Shown here: positions 50,819 through 64,000 of the stretch, one piece after another
How positions within the stretch are numbered: the stretch's first letter is position 1
Layout of the letters: each line of letters starts with the position of its first letter
Origin: Yuukianura sp. NJ FZ-2021
Lineage: Eukaryota
Length of the DNA stretch: 64,000 bases
Direction: 5' to 3'
Assembly: GCA_046563655.1 (NCBI GenBank)
Contig: CM102287.1
Span: forward strand, 6,510,001-6,574,000
The notes under the pieces: model-generated
Database searches by the model: none
What the model saw: the letters and a program-made list of their open reading frames with translations, nothing else
What the model was told of the DNA's origin: nothing
Position numbers and translations under genes: made by a program

Positions 50819-53800
50819 ATGCAGATACTGCATATGCGAATATTATTAAGCCCCCAGACGGGAAGTGGATTTGTTAATTCAGGGAGTTCTTTGGATCAAG
50901 CATTTACAAACATTCAAGCGTCAACCTCAAAAGAAGATACCTTGACCCACCGGTATCCTTTCCTTGCTACATTGTTGTCTCCAACGAAGAGCATACAGAT
51001 GACGGACACTATGGATGTGAATAATTTGCAGTTTACCAACAACAATATACGAAAAGATGGAGTTTCACGGCTGGATATACTGGCTTCCAATCTTCCTTTT
51101 GCAGAAACTTTAACTTGCAATATGGAAGATGGCAAACACGAATCCTCAGCCAACCGAAGGAAGGAGATGGAGTCTGATAGGAGAGTTCAAAAGAGGAAGA
51201 GATCGTTACCCGAACCGCAAAATTCATTAGATTATGGTAATGGTACTGAGGAGAACAGTAACGGGTTCGAACATTCAAATATTCCGTATCTCATTGTGAA
51301 CTTATACGCGGGAGAACGTAACGGGTATACTTTTGAGCTGTATCTTCCGGAGACTGCCGATAAGGAAGCTGTCTTGTTCCAGGAAAGCCATTTAATTCCT
51401 TACAGTGAGACCTACTTAACTGATTGCATTGATGCCGAGATATTCCCAGACCGACTACTATCAAATCTGAATCTGAACAACGATCATAACATTCAGCTTA
51501 CTGGAAATGGAAAGTCCATTTTATGCGAAGTAAGGGATTTTCGACATTGCTCCAGGGTAAACACAAAGGACAACCCGATTTTACGACACGTCGTGCTCAA
51601 ACAAACAACCAGAACAATTCACGCTGATTTTCAACGCTTGGTGTTAAAGAGTCAAATGCAACGCCACATTTATATGAACTCTCGAATGACGACGCAGCAA
51701 AATTTTGAAAGCGAACTAGTTGCAAGCAAACGAATGAGGCTGAACAATCCTAATTACCCTTACGATTGGTCTGAAAACAAGACATTGTTAGGGGCTGATG
51801 GTGATGCAGATTCGAAGGAAGAATTAACACTGGACCAAAGACAAGAATTCGAGAAGAGAATGGTGAAAGAAACGTCCAATGGCCTCTGTCTGGACCCATC
51901 TAAACAAGTTGGATTAATTGCAAATTTTGCTCAATACGAAAGATTGAAATGGAATTTGAACGAGTTAAAACAGTCATTCAAAGCCAGTTCTCGGAAGAAG
52001 CAGAGAATTGGACATCCTCAGCGTCTGTTGCTGTTAGAGGATAGCAATGAATTCGAGACTGAAATTAGAGGTTGCGGAAAGGAAAACGAGATTGAAAGTG
52101 GAGTAGTCAGACTCGAGGAAACTGCAGAAGATCGCAATGTCAACCCAGCTCCAGTACAAAACGTCGTGTTTCAGGAGTCACGAAAAAGCTTTCATCGTGG
52201 ACCTACTCCACTACTCACTTTCATCAACAAATGTATCCACTCTAACAAGCTCAAAAGGCCTGTCGATAGGTCGCAAGCACTCAAACTTCTGCCAATCGTG
52301 AGTTTTCCAATATATTTCCATTTACATTTTCAGTTGTACGTTGTACCTTCATAATGGATTAAAAATGATTCTATACTATATTTTGCAGAAGAATATTGAT
52401 TACAGTCATGCCCCGGCGTTGACAAGCTTCGAAGACATACGAGCATTATCACAACCTGCTGATTCTGCAAGCATACGCCCACTTTTCAGTGAAAACTTTG
52501 TGACAAAGACAGAAGAATACATATTCGAGACTGAACGCCGAAAACATCCACATCGAACTGGTAACAACTTGTGTTTTTAGTTTTTACATCTTTTTGGAGT
52601 ATTGACTGTTTTCTGTAATTCTTACTCAATTCACTGGATTTACTCACAAGCAAAATGTTGAAATCCATCGATAAATCTTATTTGTTATCCGTTTCTACTT
52701 GCAGTTGTCACGATTTATCAACGCAATGGCGGAGATAATTACTTTGGTGAACTTGAGCAAGAGGCGCTTGATGAGCCGACAGAGTCAAATCGTGTACCTA
52801 TCAAACCATACGTACTCGACCCTCCTGCAACTCAATCAGCTGGTTCAAAATGCAAGTTTGACTTAGGTTCGAGTCAAAGTGTCCACCTATACGTCAAACA
52901 ATTTACTGATATTTTCACTGAAGATGGTCGTAGGCCTTGTAAAATCACTTTCCAGAAAGCCGGACAGCCAGGTCCAACTGTACTTTGTACCAGTTCATAC
53001 AAAACACAACAATTGCTGGCTAACAACAATTCCACACCTACTTCAAATGTCCCAAATGTAAGTACAGCAGGAGGCGGTGGTGTTCACGTCGGCGCAAATG
53101 TCATCATTGCTCATAGCGGAAGTCCTACTCCCCCGCACAGTACCAACACCATCATCGTCTCCTTGCCGAGCGGCTCTTCGACGGTTGGCACTGGCCCCAC
53201 CACTATTCCAATTCCCACTGCCACTTCGACGGTTCAACCCACTGTCTCTTCGGCTCCTTCTCTAAACCCTGTTCCGGTGGCATCCGCAACGGCATTAACC
53301 TCATCTTCACCTTCGCAAAGTAATCCGCCAGTACAAATTGTTCATCCCCAACCGAGGCTGCAGCCAAGCATTCAAATCTCTACGGCTTCACAACTTTATG
53401 CCGCTGGAATTCAAGCCCTAACGACCTCCACCAATCCTGTCGCTTCCAGTCAGAGTAACCCGGGCCGTATTGTTCAGCAGCATCAACTACTTACCAGGCC
53501 AAAAATTTTCAACGTAAACTTAACTTCACAACAACAGCAGCAGCATTTTGCACTAGCCCAAACACAACAGGCCTCTCAGCTCATCCAAAATATGCCGCAA
53601 CCGCAGTCACAACAAAACATTCGAGTCAAACAACTCGGTGTCACCAGGTTGCTTCTCAGTACTACTGGTATTGCCAATCAAACTGCCAAGCCAATTACAG
53701 TCATACAGCCTTTACCACAGCCCCAGAATCACACTGTAAATCATTCTGGAAATCCGACTAATGTCAACCAAGTTCAAGCGATACAGCTCAACAGTGCAAT

Positions 53801-55445
53801 TGAACCTACGCACCACCATGTTGGTCATGTATCTCAGGCTTCACAACTACAAATTGCCTCTCACCCTCGGGCAGGAAATACGACGAACAATCCAATTATG
53901 ATAATGCTGGCCAGTCCTGCCACAGGAAACAGCATTACTGATCAAAACGCAATTAACATTTCAAGTGGAACCAGTGGGCAAAGTACTTTGGCTCAGCAAG
54001 GTGGAAATGTCAGTCTCAACCTTAGCGCTATCAATTTGGACGGACTTCTGGCAGTAAGCAATAGCAGTCTCAGCAGCATTCAGCAACATCCGCATGCCTA
54101 TGTTACCTCTGCAGCTCTAGTCCACCATAGCAGTACACTGCCCATTACGACTGGATTAAATACTGTGGAAGTCAGTAATGCTGGAGGAGCTTTAAACACC
54201 GTCAACATTGTGCGATATTCAAATAATACAGGCACTATGACTGTACAGCCGCAGGTGATTCGGCAAAACGCAATGTCAGTGATGACTCCGCAGCAGCAGG
54301 CTGCGATTCTGAACATGAATTCGCCTTCGGCCACTGGGATCATTTTGAGCAATACACAAAACGTATCAGGGACGGGTGTTGAGAAACATGTCCGGTTACA
54401 GCAAAACCTCACACCGCAGTTTCAACAGTTACAACCGGAGTTGGAAGAAATCACGGTCCCAGATCTGAACACTTTACTGAATAATAGCTGTACACCAACT
54501 CGCTCGTATAGGACAACTGCCAAAGTCCCGTCCATTGATGTCAACTTAAACTTGAATTTGAATTTGAGTGGAACGACTTCGGTAGCGACGACTCCAGCTC
54601 AACCAATGATGGGTGACGTATATACAAATGAAAGACAAAATGGACCGTCTTTAGTCAGCGTGAGTTCTGTTGACTCTATTTTCAACTCTTTAGCGGAAAC
54701 GAATGTTCCAGATACCGAGGATTCAACGCCAGGGAAGCTTGGAGCACGCGCCAGCTCTTCTTTGAACAGTTTGCAACAACCACAACAGAATTCTGTTGTG
54801 ACCCTCAATGGCCTTCTCGGATCACCTCCAATGAGTGCTTCAAATGTTATAGGAAATAACTCTGTCTCCAGCCCAATGCAGTCATCTCCTCAGAGCCCAT
54901 CGATCTCGTCAATTTTGTCTCCAATTTCACCAAACGTTGTCACGTCGAGTGTCGCCTACAGTACACCAAGACTGAGCGCATTACTAGCTGGCACGCCCTC
55001 TGCAGATTCATCTCACAATTTACTCATTGAGAATGGCAGTAACCGAGGCGTGTCTGGAGCTGGAAATTGTGGGAATCTGTTCGATCGTCTTTTATCTCAA
55101 GGGCAGACCGTGGCAGTGCCAGTACAGAGGACAGGAGGTAGTCGATTGAATCCAATTGCCACAGCAACCCCAAGCGTAGCACTGGATCATCCTGTACTGG
55201 CAGCAACACTTACTCAAGGAGCAAATCCTAACCTTCGACATGCTCTTACCAGACCAACGACGTACCGTCAAATTGCGCCTGCTCCACCTCCCAGCCTTCA
55301 GAATTCAACTCAGCAACAGCAATTAATCAACAATTTGCTGGGAATGATTGGAACTGGTGCTCCAGCGAATCAGGCGTTACAACAACAGGCAATACGTATT
55401 AGCAAAGCGAATCATACTAGTAGCGGCGGAAGCGGAACGAGATGA
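50819..55445 (+). CDS. SUPT20H: SAGA subunit Spt20 homolog; start uncertain (possibly ATG 51000)
   Basis: YLIVNLY, LIPYSE..DCIDAEIFP, CEVRDFR, RHVVLKQT, GLCLDPS (Spt20 domain); EEYIFETER; CKFDLGS..YVKQFTDIFTEDGRRPCKIT; long Q/S/T-rich tail. Confidence 0.88.
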
Positions 55446-58400
55446 GCCGAGCGTATTGAAAAGTAGAGAAAGTTAGGAATTTACGACTGACTTACGTTTT
55501 TAGGAGTTTACGTTTTTGTTTAAGTAGGGGATTATTATTATTTATTACAATTAATTGACTTGTAAGGATATTATACTGTATAAATTATTTTAGTGTTTTA
55601 GAAGTAATTACTAATTAAGGTCGTTTTAAACGCAAACTCGTAGACTTGTGTTAACGCGAACCGTGATTTTCATTTCGCAGATCTATGGAATCACTCTTGT
55701 AAGGCTAATTTTTCGTTTCAATTTCCGGATTCAAGACTTAACTTACGAAGTATAGTTATATTTCAGCAGGAACAAAATTAAGTACGTGTATGTCATATGA
55801 ACGAACGTTAAAGTAAAGCAAGAGCTATTTGTATTGGAAAAACGCATTCAAGACATTCAAATCCAAAATTAGTGCGCAGGGAAAGCTACTTTGTGCATCA
55901 ACATTGTTGCTCTGCCTGTCTGTCTGGCCAACCATTAATAATCGCTTTACATAATGCCCTTAACTTTGAGGACCCTCAACGCCACACAACGGCTCTCCAT
56001 ATAGTGCACTACAGTTTTCCGCAGTGCTTCAGGTCAAAGGGCAATGTCATTTACAGTCCCATTGACGTTACATTCGCTATGTGTTACATTCTTACATTCC
56101 GGTTTACACACGGTTTAGAGAAAGCTACTTCATGCATCGACTTGTCTGTTTGTCTGGTTGTCAGTTTGGTGACAACCAACACCTCGGAAATCCAGAAGTT
56201 AGCTTCTTTTGCAAATAGGCTGACTGAGTGAGACTATTGACAGCATTCGTGATGTGCTTGACAACCAGAGTCAATCGTAAGATCATATTCTACCGTAAAA
56301 GTGCTGGCGCTGGTTTTTAGTACTGTTCATATCTCTACTCCAAGCAATTCGAAATCTTCTCCGCCCGTAGGTTAAAATTGAATTGGGGGATGGCTACGTC
56401 GTGATCTGTTGAGCGGTTGATAATGCTTAAAGTGTAGAAATAATTGGCTTCTTAAGCTTGATTGTTCAAAAGTTATTTACTTTAGAGATAATGAGTTTAG
56501 CTGACTCAAAACCTGCTTTGGAGATGTACTCGAAAGAGTTAGAATTTTTATTAAGGATGTTTTAAAAACTTGTTGATTTACAACTTGAAATTGGAAGTTG
56601 ATAGGACCGGATTCATTCAATTGTCTCTGTACAGAAGATGAGCTTGATTAGAGAAAAATGGAAATGAGTTCTGTTGAGGTGGATTTCGGTGACAGTGGGG
56701 GCACTGAGTCCTTGTTTTCGAATTCCCAGTCCTTCTTGTTTTGTCAATTCAATTTCGAGACATTCATCTTGAATTTTGGGTACGATTTCTATAGCTGAGT
56801 AGTTGCTTTGCTTGTTTTTTCGCTGAGATCGACGTGAAGATTTTGTCCCTAATTCATTGTGCAAAACATATTTACCACAACGCAAGTATCTTTTAAACTT
56901 TTAAAATGTAAAAGTTGTGGGTTTTGACACAGAACCCAATGATATGCCATACGCATTATCAAATCAAATTAACTTCAAATTGCAATTAAAGTGTCAATGT
57001 ATTTCATTACCTCAAGTTTTAGTTGAAACTGCACTATTTTCAAGCCACCGATTCGTATAGCGTCGGTTTTCCTGGCTCCAGTATCTAGAAGCGATTCTCC
57101 GATTTGTTGCTGGACAGATATTGAGAAAGGAGCAACTCAACCAGCGTTGGCTTCACAAAACCAATGGCGACAAAGTCACCACAGCGCCAACGGTGGTGGA
57201 GTTACCAAATCCCAAATCTTTGGACAATTTCTTGAAAATTCTTCAACTTCTGACGGCAATTCTGCTTACATCCCACTTGAATCTCGATAAGTGTTGCAAT
57301 TGATTACTGAACGAGGCAGGAATTTATTCTTTCTTCAGTGAATCTTCAGTAGGAATCGTTTTACTTTAAAATTACAGTGAGAAGATGAGGTGTAGTTTAA
57401 CATTGTAGAAAAATATTGTTGAAAGCGGCAAACTTTTGGTTAACTATATGTACAACAACTATGTACTATTTTTTAGTACTTACATAACAATAAGTCATAA
57501 AAGTATGGGAATAAGAGTAGAAAGCTTCCTGTGACTTTTCCCAAGGAATTTGAACTTTAAGATCATGACGAATGATGGCCAATGGTCATTCATACAAGTT
57601 CCATCAGATCAAAAATTTAGCTCATTGCCAAAGAAAACAAGAGGAAAATCCTACATCTGAAAGTTAGTTACTCAAGTATCCATGCAATTCAAATCCTTAA
57701 TTTAGCTCAAGTCCCTTAATTGTATACTAAAGTTGGATTTCTGAACGCAGTAAATCACATATCTGAATACTTGGTGTTCAAAAAACTCATAGCATTTTTT
57801 CTTCTTTTTCATGTCGTTTCACCGGAATAGCTTGTTTTGTTCAAAAATGTTTTTAGATTTTTGCGTATTTTTTCTTCTAGTCAGAATTCGGCTTTCAGAA
57901 ATTTTATAATCTTTAGCATAACATAACAAATACTTTACCTGAACGCGTCCAAATTGAAAAAACGGAAACGAGGTCTCGACTCAGCATTACTAATGCTTTC
58001 TGGAATTTTTCGTTTTTTTTTCCACACGGAACACTGATGCTGAAGGTATCGTGGATTTCGACAAAGACTGCTACAGCTTCGTTACGTGTTTGGAAGTACA
58101 AATGTTTAGCTATGCAGTGCGTGATCTTGGAGCGTCTTATGTGAACTCTAGTTTGAAAATGGTGAGACTCATAACGAAGATGGTCTATCTACCTTGATTC
58201 TTTTACTTTTTTGGTGGAAAAGTGAAGACGAACTCCAGTCCAACAGCGACCCTTAGATCCATCGTCCCAGAGAACCGGTTTTTCTTAATTTTTTTTTCAT
58301 TCCTTCCTTGCTCGCTGTGTATCTGCTGTGCACAAAGACTCATAAGACAAGAAGAATCCAAGGGAGTCTATTTCATTATCATTATCATTGCGTGCCACTT

Positions 58401-59393
58401 TACAGGTGAAAAAATCTTGGAAAGATCTTAGGTAAACGTGGTATGAAGAAGAGGGAAGGATAATAAAATTTGAACAGGAGAACGACGAGACCTTGTCCCC
58501 TTCGTCTACTACTTTTTGCTTCACCGCTTGACCTTCGCCACCTCTTCATAAAATCAAAGTAGACAGGATAATCCACTTTGACAATTCTGCCCAAGAAACG
58601 GTCGAAGAACTCACCTTGTCAGCTTACAAAATTATGCAGAATACGAGTGATTGTGGATTTTATTCAAATCGGAGCAATAATTGCGGCAACAAACTCAAAT
58701 TCTTGAAACTGAAAATTTTAAATCTTTATCATAAAAAATTAAACAGGTAAATCGGAGGGTTCATAAGTAGCGAAAGATGAGCAGCAGTTCATCTCTTGAG
58801 AGCAGAAGCAATGTGAAGCAGTTGAGAAAAAAGTTGACCTTAGACCCAAAAGCATGGAGGTCACCTAGGGTCGAATGATGACGTTGGGAACCTCCCGGGG
58901 TTGTCCGATGTCCAAATTATGAAAACAGGTCCAGATCCCTGAAATGTTGAGTCGTGTCCGAAACAATTGCCCTGATGGCTGGATAGACAGAAGGACAGAG
59001 AGAAAAGGTTGATGCTTAAAGTTGCTTTCGCTACTTGATAATATACTTCAAATTCCTTCCATCGAGCATGCCCGCCACGCCGTACTGTTGCCCTTCCAGT
59101 TCTCCAAATATGTATTAACTTGTCACTTATACTATAAATCGATGCAAGCGTCATCTGTATGGCTTTTCCTTTAAAGTCCATTGGTGTTAATTTTCTAAAG
59201 GCTTCCTGTGGTACTTTACAATGACTCTATTAAAATTTTGTTTCTTAAAAACTTCATAAATTGCGAGGTGGAAAACTTCCAACCCGTAAATTGTGAAGTT
59301 GAAATTTTCTACCTTGTAATCGTAAATTTATAATATTAGAAATTTTCAACTAGTAATTTTACGGGGTTGGAAATTTTTAACTTTGTAATTTAC

Positions 59394-60138
59394 GCAGGAT
59401 GGCATGTAAAATGGCCAAAAGTGAAATGACCAGAAATGAAATGGCCAAAAAGTGAAAAGGCCAACATGTCAAAACGCCAGGAAGGATACGCCAAAAAAGC
59501 AAAATGGCCAAAATATAAAAAGGCTAAAAAGTAAAAAGGTCAAAATCATAAAAGATCAGAATGGAAAATGATCAGAGAATGATTTCGGGTTCAAAACTAA
59601 AAAGCATTCGTCTACTTTTACTATTTTAAAATAGAAAATTTGAAAATTAAAAAAATTTAAATAGAAATAGAAACCAATTTTTCGAAACTTAACCAAACCT
59701 AATCTAAACGTTATAAAAGCATACCTATAGTTAAACCTTTAAAATGATCTAACCTAATGCAACAAAATTAAAGCAAAAGAAAGCAAATAGTCTAATAACA
59801 GAAAATTCGGAGGGTTATTTCGCGTTTTCGAAACTTTCAATCGGTCAAAATCTAGAGAAGTCAAAATTTTTGCAAAGATTTGCAACGATAAAGTTGAGTC
59901 AAATGTTACATTTTTCTAAAAAAAATTAGAAATCGCGAGCCTAAAATTTAGTATTACATGTACCGTACCATGCTTTTGACTAGATTCGAAATGATTTTGT
60001 TATCACTTAACCAACGTGATCTTTTATGATTCTGAACTTTTGATTTTTTTTCATATTTTTGCATTTTCACTTTTTGGCCATTTTCCTTTTTTGTTTTTGA
60101 AATTTTGGCCTTTTCACTTTTTGGCCAATTCACCTGCT
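59394..60138. mobile_element. Degenerate TIR element with AAAATGGCCAAA subterminal repeats
   Basis: GGCCAAAAGTGAAA repeats on the left are mirrored by TTTCACTTTTTGGCC on the right; AACCTAA motifs lie centrally; termini are not clean. Confidence 0.45.
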
Positions 60139-60527
60139 ACGTTTACGGGATTGGAATTTTTGATCTTGTACGAAGTTTTAAGAAGTAATATTTTAAACAA
60201 TACTTGATACACATACAGCCCCGTATTTTATTCATTTTTCTTTAGAAAAAAGGTAGTTACTCTGGCGCTGACTCCGATACTGCGTCTTCCGTTTCGAAAC
60301 ACGTTTTCAGTATTACTCTACAAGAATTTCGTCACTTTTACCGATTATGATTGGTTCTATACTTTTTGTAAATAAAAAATATTTGTATAAAGTTGACGGC
60401 ATTTATTTTGAAATTTGTTTTAAATATTTAAAGAGATGGACTTAAGGGGCGAGGGACGTCTTCGGTGGTAAAAGGACACTGACAAGGTCAATTAAATGGA
60501 GGCCTTAATTAGTAATTTGTATTTAAG

Positions 60528-63500
60528 TTAAATATAAATCTTTTTAACAGTCTTTTCTAGCGTGCCGACGCTGAGGTTAACTTTTGGTGGGGAGCCCTTC
60601 AACGTGTTCCCGTCCCCACCACTCCCATTCCAGCTATTCATGTTCAGTGTGAAATCAATTGGTTTTGAGGTAAGCCTTTGGGATTGTTCGTGTATGGATG
60701 CTGCCAGTTGCGCAGTCGTGGACGCAGGTTTCGTCAAGCTCTTTTTGCTGGCCAACCAGCGACTGCCAGTGAACCCCAGTGTGAGGCCTATCAGCAGAGC
60801 TAGGAAGGCTGAACCAACAGTGGCCATTGCAATCGACCCTCGGCTAATGGCGTCGTCACTGGATTTGGCAGAGGAGTATTCATGGTCTACAAGAATTTCA
60901 GTTAAAAAAAAATTTTTTTAGGAAAAAGTTCGAAAAAACTGGAATTTCAAAAAATGTCTAACTTGCTACCTTTTCGAGGAATCCGCTCTATGATATTTTG
61001 AAAGTTGTCGACACTAGCTGCCTGGCCAAAGGTCATTGACCTTTCGCGTCCAGAGTGTCCTGGACTGCCGCTGGCGTACCGAAAATGGGTGTCAATGTCC
61101 AGGATATTGTTGTCGCCAATGTCAATGTCTGCTACAGCGGGTGACATCGTCGTAACTTGTGCACATGGGCAACATTCGTCTTTTGTTGTTGGTGCTCCAC
61201 ATTCAATCGGCTTGGCTTCTGGAGTCACTTCATCGGCCTTCTTTGTAGTAGACTCTAAAATTCAAAAACAGTTTTGGATTTTATTAAAACCAAAGTTTTG
61301 GAGTATTCCCAAATTTTTTAAAACGAACCTGTAGGACAAAATTGTGTATCTCCGTTTTCGAGATCTTGTCGGAGGTCAAACTGTTGCTCAGAATTTTTTG
61401 CGTTATCCATGGAGACACAGGCTCCATCTTTCAAGTCCCAGAAGCAATGTGGATCACGAATTCGGATACAATCTGCGCAACTTTTGTAGACTGCGCATGT
61501 CCTTGTCTGAAGGAGTATCATTCCAGTTTCGGTTCCAACAGCGAGTCGCGTCGAATCTAGAAGTTTTAGTGTCTTGATGGGGTTTTTGCTCACTTGCCAA
61601 GAGGCAGAGATCAAACTAGCATTTAAACTGAAGGGAGAGGTACCGAGGAGGTCAATCTCGTCGTGATCATACCCGTAGTGGGTACTTGACCCCCACTGGG
61701 TCTCGTACTCATCTTTATCATGCCGCCGTTGACGAGAAGCGTTTAGTTCATTGTTCACAATCACTTTGAGCACTTTCCCTGACTGAGTTCCAACGTATAG
61801 GACATGGTATGGGTTAACAGGATCTGACCCACCAGACGGGTCAACTTCTACTACACGAAACCTGTCGTCATTTGAAGGGTACACGAGGATCAATGACCCC
61901 TGCACGGCTTCGTCCATGAGGGGATGGGCTTTGTGGAAGGCAACTGAGGCAGCGTCGGGCTGATATGACTTGGAGGTACATGACCCGGGACGAGGCGATG
62001 GCTCATGGGCTGAAGGAACTGGCAGCCAGTTGGAGTCATCTGAGACTTGGCCCTTGAAGGGGCCTTCAAAAACTCGGACAATGTCGGACATACTAAAGGC
62101 ACAAATTGCTGATGCTCCAATTGAGTTTTCTCCGGTGGTGAATACGGCGTATAGCATTTCAGTTTTTCGCGTTTCGTCGACAAATACGGCACTTGTTCCC
62201 TCTAGAATAAGAAAATACGCTCATTTAGAGAATTTTGGTATGAAAATTATAACTTTTGGTGAAAGGAAGCTTCCGCTTGACTTACGAATATGGTCAAAAT
62301 AAAACGGAAATTCTCCAGGAACGGAACAATTTAGTCTTGCTTTGAGGAACGTCGTGAACCGATCTTTGTGTTTCTTGCTTCCCGAATCATGGCGGCAAAT
62401 ACGCGCCACTCGGCTATAAACAGCTTTTCCACAATTCGTGTGTTCTATGGCCAGTTCACGGAAGAAGAAAAGCGCAAGGTCGTCGTGGGTCACGGATGAT
62501 ACAAACGTCGGGTCTAGAAAAATCAAAGAAAATTTTACATTTCATAATTTCGGTCCTGATTGGAATTCAGCGAGTAACATTGTGACAAATTCTTACTGTT
62601 CAAATGTCGCACGTCGTGTTGTTCCGTGCGAAGTGGACTTTTGTAAATGAGAGCGTCAGAGCCACCGAAGTCTGCAACCGTGGCAGCATAAACGGCTCCA
62701 TGGTGAAGGAGGGACGTTGACCTCTGTCGCGGGTCAAACGGGCTGTATCCCAAGCCTGAGAACTCGTGACTGAATCCTTTTAGGTCCTGATCGTAGAGGC
62801 GGCAAAGTGGTTTGAATGCATTAGTACCACAAATGATCCACTTTTGAGTCTGCTCTTCAATTAAGTCCGTTCCGTTTTGCCCGTCACTCCCATTTCCGGT
62901 AGTACCGAATCGGTTGGGCGTGCGCGCATGATGGTGATGAATGGGTCCGTGAAAGAGGCGGATGAAATTGTGACAGTCAGAATCCTTCTGACCTTTGAGT
63001 TGACACATTTCCTGGTGGGTTGGAGACACGGTCCAATTCAAAATCTGGAAATAAAGAAAATTACAACAATGAATACAGCGTTATTTGAAGTTTGCGCCTT
63101 CGGGGTCAAAGTCAGCAATTTTTTAAGCCTGAAAAGCACCGCCAAATGCTATTTCATTTCCTTCCGTGTAAATTGAAACAAATTTTGTTGTGATTCGTCA
63201 AGCTCAACAGAACTGACACATTGGGGTTTTTTCAACGCCGAAAGTGATTGATACACGCAAACATAAAACACGATGACACTAAACGCGAAACATGAAAGAA
63301 ACCAATTTTTCACTTTGTATTTCGACCACACACGAACAATCTACCTTTCTCTCAAAATTTTGAAAAAAAAACAAATTTTGAAAATGTTGATAAATTACCG
63401 AGTTAATGCTGAGGTCATGCGCAGACAAGTTGAAAATCGCATCTCTTCCGCCAATCAAAACGTATTCGGTGTTCCACTTCAGCAGAGAAAGGTGTTCGTC

Positions 63501-63545
63501 TTCGGAATCTCCAAAACTTCCGAGAAAGTGATTTCCCAGTTTTTC
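60528..63545 (-). CDS. Class-1 transmembrane semaphorin (Sema-1a-like); 5' exons probably lie outside the window
   Basis: Sema domain: CHNFIR, CGTNAFKPLCR, PFDP, VYSRVARIC, FLKARLNCSVPGEFPFYFD, SAICAFSM, PRPGSC, HPLMDEAV. PSI domain C..YKSC.DC..RDPHCFW, a TM helix and C-terminal VKKIYI. Confidence 0.9.
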
Positions 63546-64000
63546 TAAAAGTTAATAAAAAATGAAATATTTTTTATTATTTTAGAATTTTAAAATTCTA
63601 AAATCTAAAATTCGCAAAAAAATCGCTTTGCGAAATATTCTGCTTCAATTTTCTTTGATATTGCATAGCCTTACGCATATTCCTCAAACAAAAATTGATT
63701 TATTTCTCTGAATCCTACGCATGTTTCATGGCCGGATATGTGGGCAGGCATTTACATGAACATTCAACGCCCAATGGAGTCTAAATGATTGTTAATTAAA
63801 CTAAAACAAAAGCATAGCCTTTTAGTAACTTTGCTTCTGTTTTGGTATGATCATCGTGCCAAGGTAATCAAACCATTTGTAATGGAGGCTCTGAGCTTCT
63901 GAGTTTGTTCAAACAATTGCAAATTTTAGACATAGCCTCAAGCAATTTCAAGACTGCACAGTCACTAAAACACAAGCTCATGTTTTATAAGTCACAACAA

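Noticed and set aside
56280..59200. Coding-like fragments on the minus strand with splice-like signals
   Set aside because: No continuous frame or recognisable motif could be assembled; possibly decayed TE or pseudogene sequence.

Overview
Intron-rich, AT-rich arthropod genomic DNA. Short introns, the gene set and TTAGG/CCTAA motifs suggest a hexapod, possibly a springtail; the species is an inference. Host genes in order: divergent innexin (-), an RS-rich transformer/feminizer-like gene with a CAM motif and zinc knuckles (+), PLAA/Doa1 whose PUL domain is replaced by a NUB1-N-terminus-like tail (-), CutC (+), eIF3m (-), DDX10 (+), initiator tRNA-Met, a GMC oxidoreductase (-), a SEC14/GOLD protein (-), an LRR transmembrane protein (-), Spt20 (+) and the 3' part of a class-1 semaphorin (-). 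Many non-autonomous TIR elements lie between them. The main finding is an 8,165-bp IS3EU-like DNA transposon (37012-45176) with TAT..ATA ends, ~0.5-kb repeat-rich TIRs and a 6-bp CCTAAC target-site duplication. It carries three spliced genes: an intact DDE transposase, an intact alpha-kinase, and a histone-H3-tail protein fused to a putative His-Asp-Cys peptidase domain. That third gene is split by a nested 907-bp hAT-type insertion and rejoins in frame when the insertion is removed. A chromatin or anti-silencing role for this cargo is a hypothesis. All family assignments come from recalled motifs; no searches were run.
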